A DNA stretch of 64,000 bases from a virus (IMGVR_UViG_3300020379_000218:32001-96000), one strand, 5' to 3'; counted from the stretch's first letter, positions 10,601 through 19,675 are shown. Notes: generated by a model not told the origin, from the letters alone. A program made the numbers and translations.

Positions 10601-11761
10601 GGTGGTTACGGTTCACACGGTCAACAAGGTACTGGTTATGACGGTGCTCCTGGTATGGCAATGACACCTGACGGACTAGAAGATGTACACTTTATCAAAA
10701 TCGCAATGAAAAATATGAATGAAGATTCAACTCATACTCCTTGCGGATTAACAGATGATGGAGATGTATATACTTGGGGTTACAATGGTTACGGTGAAGT
10801 CGGAGACGGTAGAACAGATAACGCATACGGTCCTAAGAGAATATCCAGAGAATTCTTTAATGACGAAAAAATTATTGATATTTTAGCAACTGGTGGAGAT
10901 AGTACTTCATTCTACGCTAGAACATCACAAGACAACATTTACGGTTGGGGAAGAAACAACATCGGTCAATTAGGTGATACAACTACTACTGACAAATACA
11001 GACCTGTATTAATGTCTGGCTTTAATGCTTCAGACAATGGTGGTATCGCTGTATGGCAAGGTGACGCTCACTCATCTAATTCTGCTTTCTATGTACTAGA
11101 CGGAAACGGATTTATTTGGGCGACTGGTTACAATGGATATGGTAACTTTGTAGATAACTCAACAACAAATAGAACACAATTAACTCAATCTACTGCTTCT
11201 CCTAATGGAGATATAGCAGACTTCTGGACAATGTTCTGGAATGGATATCATACAACATTTATGAGATTGAAAAATGGTGAAACTTGGACTGCTGGACATA
11301 GTGGTGGATACTACAACTCTGGTGATGGTGGAACTGGAACAAACCAGGCACCTGTACAAGTAGACAAGATAACTAACCTAAAAGAAGTTTGTATATGTAA
11401 TACATATTCAGACCAAGGTAGAAGTTATTGGTTAACAGATAATGGTGAATTCTTTAGTCAAGGCCGTGATGTATACGGTTCTATGCCTAATCCTGTTGCT
11501 GGAGATAACTGGAATGGTGAAGATGGAACATATAAACCTTTCCACGCTTTCGTACCTGCAGGAACTAGAATTAGAACAATGTGTATTCAAGGTATTGACC
11601 AATCAACTAACTATTACGGACTTCAACCAATGGTTGGAACAGAGGATGGCCAAGTATTACTTTGGGGCTATTCTAATAACAATAACCTAGGACACCACGC
11701 AACTGCAACTTGGTCAAGTACAGGAAGAGCAATGATGTGGAATGCTGGTATTGGTAGATAA
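7658..11761 (+). CDS. Virion protein with a cupredoxin-like domain and RCC1-like beta-propeller repeats (putative adhesin)
   Basis: WGYNGYGEVG and WGRNNIGQLG repeats; internal GH...YCNAHSGMG motif. Confidence 0.75.
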   Translation: MAKINLGRIKLQFQGEYNKDQQYRRDDIVYHNNAMWIMKQEYFADGSSAYAPGTKIFGYNPKDYTGDFWSNDPNYNGVDSVFRYTQYWTENERRGETQRTDRDGNPITKNSTYGSNEDGANEIRHDYIDSSMGTVVRHQQHLMNEYDAMFQACEDDYDQLDTYNHYEQNYFKYHYMPVHNSFVVEVNVSGGVPDFKIDNRLGNNTKGREFEGYRNWENFKEGHTYRFSQDKPNNKYYPLGFSYTADGIHNAGDTGKSLGMDPDGPYYVKGTASNGDSGFFSPMYKTEAAAIAEDTRRGGAGAAHKLTFDQGDVPGWETEASPSLQGHLHTDGTQLKDTVVSQLIDDSGNTYLQVSNAWAGTTAGGVSSHARKTIYINTGDSTEFHGQTGSTYSYVYIQGALKTGSNISAVITQQRDNTTTANDSAGRKILLVNGKPVYQLVAEASTTTVGGISGAYQAIDKTGAGSTTALGLNPVSNENKVDLYMPKLTDPTANVERTMQVSVANPGSGNKYYIDGVLPTVNTMKLEEGKTYKFDQSDSTNAGHWLKLSTTSDGTHGGGSEYTAGVTYVGTPGNPGAYTEIKLRSGVAKLYIYCNAHSGMGQEAETYDVSTNLGKTYAPGNIKKWQGYNKNGWVKYYLNSIQVDENTYIETFFNDNNTKDRNYPRTMPNGKVKGGNKFTFEHQAGRYVEITIPYQTTQSDAESTIIYPFCLEPTTTARQTSGMYNDFGWTIEKSWRGYRHWDKVQSSMRFRGEYSPNTQYNYNDIVSYKPIKRISTGEKFMKHGTGLYRCLRDNRGRPPQHGFQEPTRSPLMTKSTVTSGRLTGRGEHEQNNETGKNYPAHIQSYHNCWESWAGMNNQEQGAGVWFPNKGPIGWPYKHGHSSGANIYRCHMYIDKNGAVWSIGHGSDSANMEQGRSSSYFREVTFRWRDFYNSENRNEGGYNERRSSKWTRYDRMRTPRAIQIEMGYSFTMILFDNGQVFHGGYGSHGQQGTGYDGAPGMAMTPDGLEDVHFIKIAMKNMNEDSTHTPCGLTDDGDVYTWGYNGYGEVGDGRTDNAYGPKRISREFFNDEKIIDILATGGDSTSFYARTSQDNIYGWGRNNIGQLGDTTTTDKYRPVLMSGFNASDNGGIAVWQGDAHSSNSAFYVLDGNGFIWATGYNGYGNFVDNSTTNRTQLTQSTASPNGDIADFWTMFWNGYHTTFMRLKNGETWTAGHSGGYYNSGDGGTGTNQAPVQVDKITNLKEVCICNTYSDQGRSYWLTDNGEFFSQGRDVYGSMPNPVAGDNWNGEDGTYKPFHAFVPAGTRIRTMCIQGIDQSTNYYGLQPMVGTEDGQVLLWGYSNNNNLGHHATATWSSTGRAMMWNAGIGR

Positions 11762-11769
11762 TATAAATA
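11762..11769 (+). promoter_or_regulatory. T4-type late promoter (TATAAATA)
   Basis: Exact consensus in the intergenic gap. Confidence 0.75.
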
Positions 11770-11805
11770 GAAGTATAACTTAAAAGGAAAACGGAGAAAA
11801 AACAA

Positions 11806-12195
11806 ATGGCAAAAGTAATTTATTCAATGACAGCTGGCGTACCTCACGGTGACGACTATGTTGCTCCTACAGGTGATACGCCAATCAGTTTAGGTGAAGT
11901 AAGTGGAAAAACTTACTTTTCAATTGATGATGGTAATACTACTATCACAACTGATGGTGCAAATGATTCTGTATACGGAGTAAGTATCGTAACCGACGCT
12001 GACGAAAAAGCTGCGCTTAAGGCTTCTTCAAATTATGTTGAACAAGGTTTAAGTAATTTAGACAACGAATTTCTAACAGGAAAGTCAATGATAGACTTAT
12101 TAGCAGATGTGGCAGATGACACTTCAGCTACTAAAACTTCAATCGCTGACCATAAGACTGCAAAAGCTGCTTTCTTATCTAACTTAGGATTCTAA
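11806..12195 (+). CDS. Hypothetical protein, possibly a fibre assembly chaperone or small virion protein
   Basis: 129 aa acidic ORF with GGAG SD, lying between RCC1 genes. Confidence 0.65.
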   Translation: MAKVIYSMTAGVPHGDDYVAPTGDTPISLGEVSGKTYFSIDDGNTTITTDGANDSVYGVSIVTDADEKAALKASSNYVEQGLSNLDNEFLTGKSMIDLLADVADDTSATKTSIADHKTAKAAFLSNLGF

Positions 12196-12227
12196 AGAAA
12201 ATTTAACAAAAAGAAGGTAATAGCGAT

Positions 12228-14423
12228 ATGGCACTAGATATACAAAACTTTAAAGTAACCTGGAAAGGTAACTGGAAAGATAAAGAGAAGTATTATAAAA
12301 ATGATATAGTTTACTGGAGAGGAAAGTCTTACAGATGTATAGAAGAAACACCTGATAACTTTACTATCTCTTCTGAAGCTATGATTAATACGAACTCTTA
12401 TGGCCAATATCAGCCTACGGTTGTTAGACGGTCATATAGACCTGACAACAATAGATACTGGACGCTATTGCTTGCAGGTAACGATAACATTGAGACTTGG
12501 CAGTTTTGGAGACAATACGAAAGAGGCGAAATGGTTAAAGTTGCTGACAAGATTTATCTTTGTTTGAGAAAAACAAGATATTGTAATACTTGGGTAGAAG
12601 AACACGATGGAACTCCATCAAAATATTGGGTACTTGTTTACATAAACGAAAACAAGTGGTGTACAAGAAACGAAGTTGTATCTTTTAACAACCGTGCTCC
12701 GTTAGGTTGGAAATACAATATGGGTTCAGATACAGCACACAGCTGGGACCAAAACTATAGAACTTGTACATTATGCTCAGATGGTTCTGATATGTGGGTT
12801 GGTTCTTCTGATGGTACAGGTTCATCTGGATTAGGTGATGGTACTGCTGGAAATGACGAACCAGGAAAACACTTTTCTACAGGTTTCACATTTACTGATT
12901 GGATGGCTTCTACAGACAACCAATCTTGGAATATTAATGCTACAGGTAGAATGACTACACCTGATGGTAAAGCACCTAGAGTAATACAAGTTAGAAAAAA
13001 TCAAAATAGAACTTTCTGGTTAATGAACAATGGTGAAGTTTACGCCGCTGGTGAAAATGGAAACTACGGTTTAGGAAATTCAGAAACTTCTGACAGAAAT
13101 TATGCTGTAAGGGTTACTGCTAATGATACACAAGATTGGCAAGGTAACACTATAGGCAAAACATTCAATCAAACTAAAATGGTTAAAGTCGGTATGTCCG
13201 ACGCCGGACACGATAGTGGAACATCATCTTGTTTCTCACTAGGCGATGATGGTTCAGTATGGGTTTGGGGTTACAATAACAACGGTCAATTAGGACTAGG
13301 TAATCCAGGAATAAACAATTCAACAGACGCTTCTGGTGGTCCAACAAGTACTGCTTTCTATAGTGCCAATGTGACCAGACCAGTTAGATTACCTCAATCA
13401 TATTTTGACGGAAGACAAATTGTTGATATGTGGGTATCAGGTTCAGAAGAAGCTTGGTTCCATTGTTTAGACGAACAAGGTCAATTATGGGGTTGGGGAC
13501 ATAACCAACACGGTGAATTAGGAGTAGGTAACAGAAATGGCACTTACTACTACACATTCCCAACAAGAATTGGTATTAACTGGAACAGATACGGCGGAAT
13601 TAAAATGTATCAAACAACTCACTCAAATGGTGGACACTCTTGTACACACATTTTAGATGGTGAAGGATATATGTGGTTCACAGGTTATACAACTTCAGGC
13701 GCTTGGCCGATTGGTTCTCCTGGTTATACAGGAACACACCACATTGGTTCATTCAGAAGAGAAGGTCACTTCTTAAATGGTGATATTGATTACTTCTGGT
13801 GCGGTGGAGATGAAAACAAATGGTTATATATCAGACAGAAAACTACTGGTATGTTATGGGTCCACGATGGTAACTACGGAACAGATGGTGGTCGTGGTCA
13901 ATCAGTTGAGTCCAATGGATATTGGTATCAATCAGGTGGTCACCCAGGAAGTTTCTTACATATGAAAGGTCCTAAATGGGCAGTCAATGTATGTGATGTA
14001 GGTATGAGTAGAGCTGATGGTTCTTATATGTACTCTTTCCCAATGATACTTGATGACGAAGGTTTAATTTGGGGTGGTGCTCCATATTCAAACAATGAAC
14101 ACGGTTTAGGTGGAGATTCATCTAATAGTGACCAATGGACAAACGGTGGTAGAAACGATACACAAGGTGCAATGGAAGACAATGAAATGTTTAGAACAAG
14201 AAAAAGAATTGTATTCCAACCTGCCGGTGGACATAGATGGACAGATTTATTCTATTCAGGAACTGGTTCTTCAAATATACCAAGAGCTCTTAACCAAAGA
14301 GGTCAAGTATACTGGACTGGTTATGACGGAAGTACTTCGGTAACTCAACACTACGATTATTATTCAGAAGGTGCTGATAGTAACCAGGCACAATACTTCT
14401 TCCACTTGGGTCCTAGAGACTAA
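12228..14423 (+). CDS. Virion protein with RCC1-like beta-propeller repeats (putative adhesin)
   Basis: WGYNNNGQLG and WGHNQHGELG repeats; paralogous to 4388 and 7658. Confidence 0.75.
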   Translation: MALDIQNFKVTWKGNWKDKEKYYKNDIVYWRGKSYRCIEETPDNFTISSEAMINTNSYGQYQPTVVRRSYRPDNNRYWTLLLAGNDNIETWQFWRQYERGEMVKVADKIYLCLRKTRYCNTWVEEHDGTPSKYWVLVYINENKWCTRNEVVSFNNRAPLGWKYNMGSDTAHSWDQNYRTCTLCSDGSDMWVGSSDGTGSSGLGDGTAGNDEPGKHFSTGFTFTDWMASTDNQSWNINATGRMTTPDGKAPRVIQVRKNQNRTFWLMNNGEVYAAGENGNYGLGNSETSDRNYAVRVTANDTQDWQGNTIGKTFNQTKMVKVGMSDAGHDSGTSSCFSLGDDGSVWVWGYNNNGQLGLGNPGINNSTDASGGPTSTAFYSANVTRPVRLPQSYFDGRQIVDMWVSGSEEAWFHCLDEQGQLWGWGHNQHGELGVGNRNGTYYYTFPTRIGINWNRYGGIKMYQTTHSNGGHSCTHILDGEGYMWFTGYTTSGAWPIGSPGYTGTHHIGSFRREGHFLNGDIDYFWCGGDENKWLYIRQKTTGMLWVHDGNYGTDGGRGQSVESNGYWYQSGGHPGSFLHMKGPKWAVNVCDVGMSRADGSYMYSFPMILDDEGLIWGGAPYSNNEHGLGGDSSNSDQWTNGGRNDTQGAMEDNEMFRTRKRIVFQPAGGHRWTDLFYSGTGSSNIPRALNQRGQVYWTGYDGSTSVTQHYDYYSEGADSNQAQYFFHLGPRD

Positions 14424-14431
14424 TATAAATA
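14424..14431 (+). promoter_or_regulatory. T4-type late promoter heading the heme/bilin cassette
   Basis: Exact TATAAATA. Confidence 0.75.
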
Positions 14432-14476
14432 ATTATACAATAAGACTTAATAAGTCTTTTACATTAAACAATTGAG

Positions 14477-15262
14477 GTGAAAATGCAGGAAGTAGAAAAG
14501 TTTGTAGAACTGGCTCGTAAGAAGTTTGATTCACAACCATTCATAGAAGACTATCTAAATAAAAAACTTAAATACAAAGAACTTGTTGGTACATACTTGT
14601 ACAATCAATGGGTCTATACTTGTCAAATAGAAGGACTATGCAAAGACGCAGGTCTACTTGAAGACATAAAAGAAATTTGTATTAAAGAAAATCTAGCAGA
14701 AGCGTGGAAAGCAGAATGGCCTTATGACGCTGACGATATATCAAAACCTTGGGTAGAACCATCTGTAATGTACGCAACGCAAAGTTGGTGTGATGAGATA
14801 CACAAGATAAAAGAAAATAAAGATTTATTACTTGCACATTTATATGCTTCGCATAGTGAGATAATGGTTAATCAAGGCACTTCTGTCCTCAAAGAAAGAC
14901 TTACAAAAAAATTTGAAGAAGCATATAAGAATAACGCTGACGCAATGTTAGAAGTTGTTAAGTTATCTTGGGACTTTAAAATTAATCTCGCACACGATTT
15001 AGAAGCACACAAAGACCATATGGAAGAAGTCTTACCTAGAATTGCAATGTTTAAAATTGCAGCCAAAGAGATTAGTGAAGATAAAAGTGGTATCAATGAT
15101 TTATCTGCTGGCGCTAGAGACGAGGCAGAAGATAATAGAATAAGAGCTGAATTGATGGCAAACCAAGTGTGGGTTAAAGAAATGGATGTCAATGATGTAC
15201 CTGAAGAATATAAAGCAGATGTACAAGCAGAATTGAAAAAACGAGAAGTTGCTAATAAATGA
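14477..15262 (+). CDS. Heme-oxygenase-fold paralogue lacking catalytic motifs
   Basis: YLYNQ...IE and LLAHLY align with YLFNQ...LE and IAAHIY of the next gene; proximal His and GDLSGG are absent. Confidence 0.65.
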   Translation: MKMQEVEKFVELARKKFDSQPFIEDYLNKKLKYKELVGTYLYNQWVYTCQIEGLCKDAGLLEDIKEICIKENLAEAWKAEWPYDADDISKPWVEPSVMYATQSWCDEIHKIKENKDLLLAHLYASHSEIMVNQGTSVLKERLTKKFEEAYKNNADAMLEVVKLSWDFKINLAHDLEAHKDHMEEVLPRIAMFKIAAKEISEDKSGINDLSAGARDEAEDNRIRAELMANQVWVKEMDVNDVPEEYKADVQAELKKREVANK

Positions 15263-15918
15263 AAACATTAAAAGAACTTACTTGGGAACATCACAAAGAA
15301 GCAGAAAGACAACACTTTGTTAAAGTATTAATGTCAGGTAAAATATTAGAAGAAGTCTACGCTGTTTATCTATTCAATCAACATCAAGCATATAACATAT
15401 TAGAAGCGATAGCAATGTCGGAAGGTTTCTTTGATGATATGCCACAATTAAGAAGAGCACCTGAAATAAAAAAAGACTTTGATGAATTGTGGACTTGGAA
15501 TCATCAACCTTGGTTATGTGAAAGTACAAAGAGATATGTTTATCATTGTCAAAATGAATTGATGGACTCTCCTGAAAAAATAGCTGCACACATATATGTT
15601 AGACATATGGGAGACTTATCTGGTGGTCAAATGATTAAAAGAAAAACACCAGGTAGTAATAAATATTACGATTTCAATTTTAAAAAAATTGATGATGGAG
15701 TACAAAGATATAAAAGTGTACAAGAACTAAAAGACGCATTAAGATTAAAAGTGGATAGTTATCAAAAGTATTCAGACGCAAGTACACTAACAGAAAATGT
15801 AAATAATGTTGTATACGAAGCAAGAGTTTGTTTTAGTTTTGCAACAGAATTATTTAAAGAAATGATGAGTTTTATTAAAAATAATGAAAAGAGGTTTGGC
15901 GATGGAACGAAGAAGTAG
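15259..15918 (+). CDS. hemO: Heme oxygenase (HemO/Ho1)
   Basis: LKELTWEHHKEAE proximal-His helix; AHIYVRHMGDLSGGQ distal motif. Confidence 0.93.
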   Translation: MKTLKELTWEHHKEAERQHFVKVLMSGKILEEVYAVYLFNQHQAYNILEAIAMSEGFFDDMPQLRRAPEIKKDFDELWTWNHQPWLCESTKRYVYHCQNELMDSPEKIAAHIYVRHMGDLSGGQMIKRKTPGSNKYYDFNFKKIDDGVQRYKSVQELKDALRLKVDSYQKYSDASTLTENVNNVVYEARVCFSFATELFKEMMSFIKNNEKRFGDGTKK

Positions 15919-16603
15919 AATATGGGAAATGCTAGAGCAACACACTCATAGCATTATTGCAAATTTTGAAAGAGAAGGTGAAGAAATATTTGAACCTACA
16001 ATGAAGAAGTTTAATAGACCAGAAGAAGGTTGGGTCAATAGAGTATGGGCAACACCAGAGGCAAGAAGATGTCATTTAGATGTTGTTGACGCTAGAGACG
16101 AAAAAGGTTTATATATGTTTCATTGTTGTGTATTTCCTAAACTTACAAGTACTGCGCCAATATATGGATTAGATGTAATCGCTGGTGCAAAAAAGGTTAC
16201 AGGTTTCTTCCACGACTTTTCGCCACTTGCAAAGAAAGACCACTCAATGGTAGATTGGTTTGTAAAAGAAGCAAGTCTTTATACACCATCAAAACCTAGA
16301 CCATTACCTGATTGGGCAATGAAAATTTTTAGTCCAGGTATGATTGCAGCTGGTAATATTAATACAGAAAAAGAATTGACACAAGCATTAAGTATGGCAC
16401 AATCTAACTTAGGAGTTTATTTCACTTTATTAAGAAGAGAAAAAGAACAAGGAGATATACAGGAAATAAAAGACGCACAAAATAGATACGCAAAACATCA
16501 ACGAGAAAATCCTCATACTCCTAGAGTTATGTTAAGTTTAGGATTGCCAGAAGATGATGTTAAAGAGTTTTGTTCAGACGCCTTATTCCCATATGTAGAA
16601 TAA
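15902..16603 (+). CDS. pcyX: Ferredoxin-dependent bilin reductase, PcyX-like
   Basis: RRCHLDVVD, MFHCCVFP, PIYGLDVIAG, FHDFSP, RPLPDWAMKIFS, QRENPHT motifs; sits between hemO and hemA. Start placed at ATG 15902 (track start 15884). Confidence 0.82.
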   Translation: MERRSRIWEMLEQHTHSIIANFEREGEEIFEPTMKKFNRPEEGWVNRVWATPEARRCHLDVVDARDEKGLYMFHCCVFPKLTSTAPIYGLDVIAGAKKVTGFFHDFSPLAKKDHSMVDWFVKEASLYTPSKPRPLPDWAMKIFSPGMIAAGNINTEKELTQALSMAQSNLGVYFTLLRREKEQGDIQEIKDAQNRYAKHQRENPHTPRVMLSLGLPEDDVKEFCSDALFPYVE

Positions 16604-17796
16604 TGGAACATTTAGATAAATTTAAGGCAGTAATAAAAGATTTAAAAGATGACGGTAGATACCGTGTCTTCAATGATATTCTACGAACTAGAGGCGATTA
16701 TCCTAACGCAATCTGGTATTCAAAATACTCAATCAAAAAAATAGTTAACTGGTGTTCAAATGATTATCTAGGTATGGGACAACACTCTTATGTGCTAGAT
16801 AGTATGAAAACAGCACTGGAGACGAGCGGAGCGGGCGCTGGAGGGACGAGAAACATATCCGGCACTACTCACTATCACATTGCTTTAGAACACGAATTAA
16901 CTCAATTACACAAGAAAGAAAGTGCGTTATTATTCACTTCAGCATACAATGCTAATCAAACAACTTTAGAAACAATGGGCAAGATTATGCCTGACTTGTT
17001 GTTTATATCAGACGCACAAAATCACTCTTCAATCATACAAGGTTTAAGGCATAGTAAATGTAGAAAAGAAATATTTAAACATAATGATGTACAAGATTTA
17101 GAAAGTATATTAATGTCTAACCCAGGACCTAAATGTGTTGTATTTGAAAGTGTATATTCTATGGACGGTGATATTGCACCTGTAAAAGAAATTGTTGAAG
17201 TATGTAAAAAATATAATGCAATAACTTTTATAGATGAAGTACACGCTGTTGGTCTTTACGGTCCTACAGGTGCTGGTATTTGTGAGAGAGACGGTATTGA
17301 AGTAGATATTATTAACGGAACATTAGCCAAGGCCTACGGTGTACAAGGTGGATACATTGCAGGAAAGAGAGAGTTTATAGACGCAATAAGAAGTATGGCA
17401 AGTGCGTTTATATTTACAACTAGTTTATCTCCAGTATTATGCGCTGGTGCATTGACTAGTATAAAATATGTCAAAGACCATCCTGAATTAAGAATGAAAT
17501 TACAGGAGAGAGCATTAAAAACAAAAGAAGAACTTGAAAGAATAGGTATAGAAGTGATGAAAAACGATAGTCATATTGTACCTGTAATTATAGGTGACGC
17601 TAAAAAATGTAAAGCAGTTTCAGATGAATTACTTTACAAAAATGGTATCTATGTTCAACCAATTAATTATCCTACGGTTGCTGTTGGTACTGAAAGATTA
17701 AGATTTACTCCAACACCATTTCATACAGACGCAATGATATTTGATATGGTAGTTAAAGTAAAATCTGCTATGAGAAGATGTGGCAATAAGAAATGA
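16603..17796 (+). CDS. hemA: 5-aminolevulinate synthase (PLP-dependent, Shemin pathway)
   Basis: WCSNDYLGMG, GAGAGGTRNISGT, DEVHAVGLYG, GTLAKAYG; TAATG coupling to pcyX at 16601-16605. Confidence 0.95.
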   Translation: MEHLDKFKAVIKDLKDDGRYRVFNDILRTRGDYPNAIWYSKYSIKKIVNWCSNDYLGMGQHSYVLDSMKTALETSGAGAGGTRNISGTTHYHIALEHELTQLHKKESALLFTSAYNANQTTLETMGKIMPDLLFISDAQNHSSIIQGLRHSKCRKEIFKHNDVQDLESILMSNPGPKCVVFESVYSMDGDIAPVKEIVEVCKKYNAITFIDEVHAVGLYGPTGAGICERDGIEVDIINGTLAKAYGVQGGYIAGKREFIDAIRSMASAFIFTTSLSPVLCAGALTSIKYVKDHPELRMKLQERALKTKEELERIGIEVMKNDSHIVPVIIGDAKKCKAVSDELLYKNGIYVQPINYPTVAVGTERLRFTPTPFHTDAMIFDMVVKVKSAMRRCGNKK

Positions 17797-17987
17797 ATAT
17801 AACAGAAGAGATTGATTGGTTAATTGTTGATGGTGCAAACGGATTAGAAATCTTATGGTTTATGTTAAAACACGAACCATTTTTACAAGGACTCATAGTT
17901 TTCGGCATATTGTTAGTGATATTGTGTTGGTATTTAGATAAAAAAGACGATAAAGACACGAAATGGGATTGCGACCCTCACGGATAA
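17793..17987 (+). CDS. Small single-pass membrane protein
   Basis: 64 aa with hydrophobic GLIVFGILLVILCWYL; ATGA-type overlap with the hemA end region. Confidence 0.6.
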   Translation: MNITEEIDWLIVDGANGLEILWFMLKHEPFLQGLIVFGILLVILCWYLDKKDDKDTKWDCDPHG

Positions 17988-17988
17988 T

Positions 17989-17996
17989 TATAAATA
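17989..17996 (+). promoter_or_regulatory. T4-type late promoter (TATAAATA)
   Basis: Exact consensus upstream of gp13. Confidence 0.75.
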
Positions 17997-18021
17997 TTGC
18001 TAAAAGATAAAGGAAATAACT

Positions 18022-18828
18022 ATGGCTCAACCTAATACAAGACAGACACTTATCGCATATGCTAAACGAGCATTAGGGCATCCTGTTATTGAGATTAATG
18101 TAGATGATGACCAAATAGATGATAGAGTTGACGAAGCACTACAATACTATCAACAATATCACTATGACGGTATCAAAAGAGTATACTTAAAATACGAATA
18201 CACTCAAACAGACAAAACTAGAATACTAGCAGATAGCTCAGAAGGTGCAACAAAAAATTCTGTAACCACAACTTGGAAATCAGGCAACAACTATATCGTT
18301 GTACCTGAAAGTGTAATATCGGTTACAAACATATTTCCTTTTTCTAATAAAGGAAACTTAAACTTATTTGATGTAAGATACCAATTAAGATTAAATGACC
18401 TTTATGATTTTTCATCTACAAGTGTTATTAACTATGACATTGTGATGAGACAATTAGATTTCCTAGACCATATATTAGTTGGTGAAAAACCATTAAGATT
18501 TAATCAACACGACAATAGATTATACATTGATATGGACTGGGCAAACGATTTACAAGTCGGTGAGTATCTAGTAATTGACGCATATAGAAAATTAGACCCA
18601 GACACTTATACAGATGTATATGATGATATATGGTTGAAGAGATACACAACTGCATTAGTAAAAAAACAATGGGGTGCCAACCTATCAAAATTTAATGGAG
18701 TAGCAATGATTGGTGGAGTTACCTTGAACGGACAACAAATTTATTCTGAAGCATTACAAGATGTTGAAAAACTTGAAACTGAAATCAGAAATTCGTTTGA
18801 GTTAAACCCAGCAATGTTAATAGGATAA
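18022..18828 (+). CDS. gp13: Neck protein gp13
   Basis: RALGHPVIEINVDDDQ; KQWGANLSKFNG...GGVTLNG; T4 synteny. Confidence 0.92.
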   Translation: MAQPNTRQTLIAYAKRALGHPVIEINVDDDQIDDRVDEALQYYQQYHYDGIKRVYLKYEYTQTDKTRILADSSEGATKNSVTTTWKSGNNYIVVPESVISVTNIFPFSNKGNLNLFDVRYQLRLNDLYDFSSTSVINYDIVMRQLDFLDHILVGEKPLRFNQHDNRLYIDMDWANDLQVGEYLVIDAYRKLDPDTYTDVYDDIWLKRYTTALVKKQWGANLSKFNGVAMIGGVTLNGQQIYSEALQDVEKLETEIRNSFELNPAMLIG

Positions 18829-18835
18829 AAATACA

Positions 18836-19675
18836 ATGGCCGTTAATCATTACTTTCAAGGCGGCGATGGCATAGGTAGTCAAAATGAGAAAAGATTAAT
18901 AGAAGATTTAATCGTTGAAAATTTAAAAATCTATGGTCACGCTGTTTACTATTTACCTAGGACTCTAGTCAATAGAGATTTAATTTTAGGCGAAGATTCT
19001 GCGTCTAGGTTTGATGAGTCATATCTAGTTGAAATGTACTTTGAAACGGTTGAAGGATTCCAAGGCGAACAAGAAATAATTAGTAAGTTTGGTTTAGAAG
19101 TTAGAGACGATACAACTTTTGTAATTGCGAAGAGAAGATTCCAAGAACAAGTTGATGACCCAGCAAACTTAATGGTAGATGGTAGACCTAACGAAGGTGA
19201 TGTAATTTACTATCCTTTAATGAATAAGTTTTTTGAAGTTGCGTTTGTAGAAGACCAGGAACCTTTCTTTCAATTAGGAAACTTACCTGTATACAAATTA
19301 AGATGTAAAACTTTTGAATATTCTAGTGAAGAATTTAATACTGGTGTTTCTGATATTGATACTGCTGATGATAGAAAATCACTTGATACAAGTTTACAAC
19401 ATCAATTCAGACTTGAAGATGGTACATTAAATCAATCTTCATACAATGGTTTCTTATTATTAGAAACAGGAGACAAACACGGTAATCCACAATACTTAAT
19501 TAATGAAGACTATGACGACACTACTACAGACGGAGACGCCGCTACAAGTATACAAACTAAATCTGTATATGCTGATAATTTAGATTTAGATACTGAAGCA
19601 GGTTTTGATACTGCAACGGTTTCAGATGACATATTAGACTTTACAGAAAGCAACCCATTTGGAGATGTTAAATAA
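18836..19675 (+). CDS. gp14: Neck protein gp14
   Basis: YYLPRTLVN, SKFGLEVRD, RPNEGDVIYYP, PFFQLG, C-terminal NPFG. Confidence 0.92.
   Translation: MAVNHYFQGGDGIGSQNEKRLIEDLIVENLKIYGHAVYYLPRTLVNRDLILGEDSASRFDESYLVEMYFETVEGFQGEQEIISKFGLEVRDDTTFVIAKRRFQEQVDDPANLMVDGRPNEGDVIYYPLMNKFFEVAFVEDQEPFFQLGNLPVYKLRCKTFEYSSEEFNTGVSDIDTADDRKSLDTSLQHQFRLEDGTLNQSSYNGFLLLETGDKHGNPQYLINEDYDDTTTDGDAATSIQTKSVYADNLDLDTEAGFDTATVSDDILDFTESNPFGDVK

Noticed and set aside
4388-14423. Possible diversity-generating retroelement targeting the adhesin C-termini
   Set aside because: No reverse transcriptase and no template/variable repeat pair seen; the repeats are protein-level RCC1 units
15902-16603. Cyanophage pebS/pcyA and a cyanobacterial host
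   Set aside because: Linked ALA synthase, adrenodoxin-type rather than plant-type ferredoxin, and no psbA/hli/cpeT in the window favour a PcyX cassette and an alphaproteobacterial host; phylogeny is still needed
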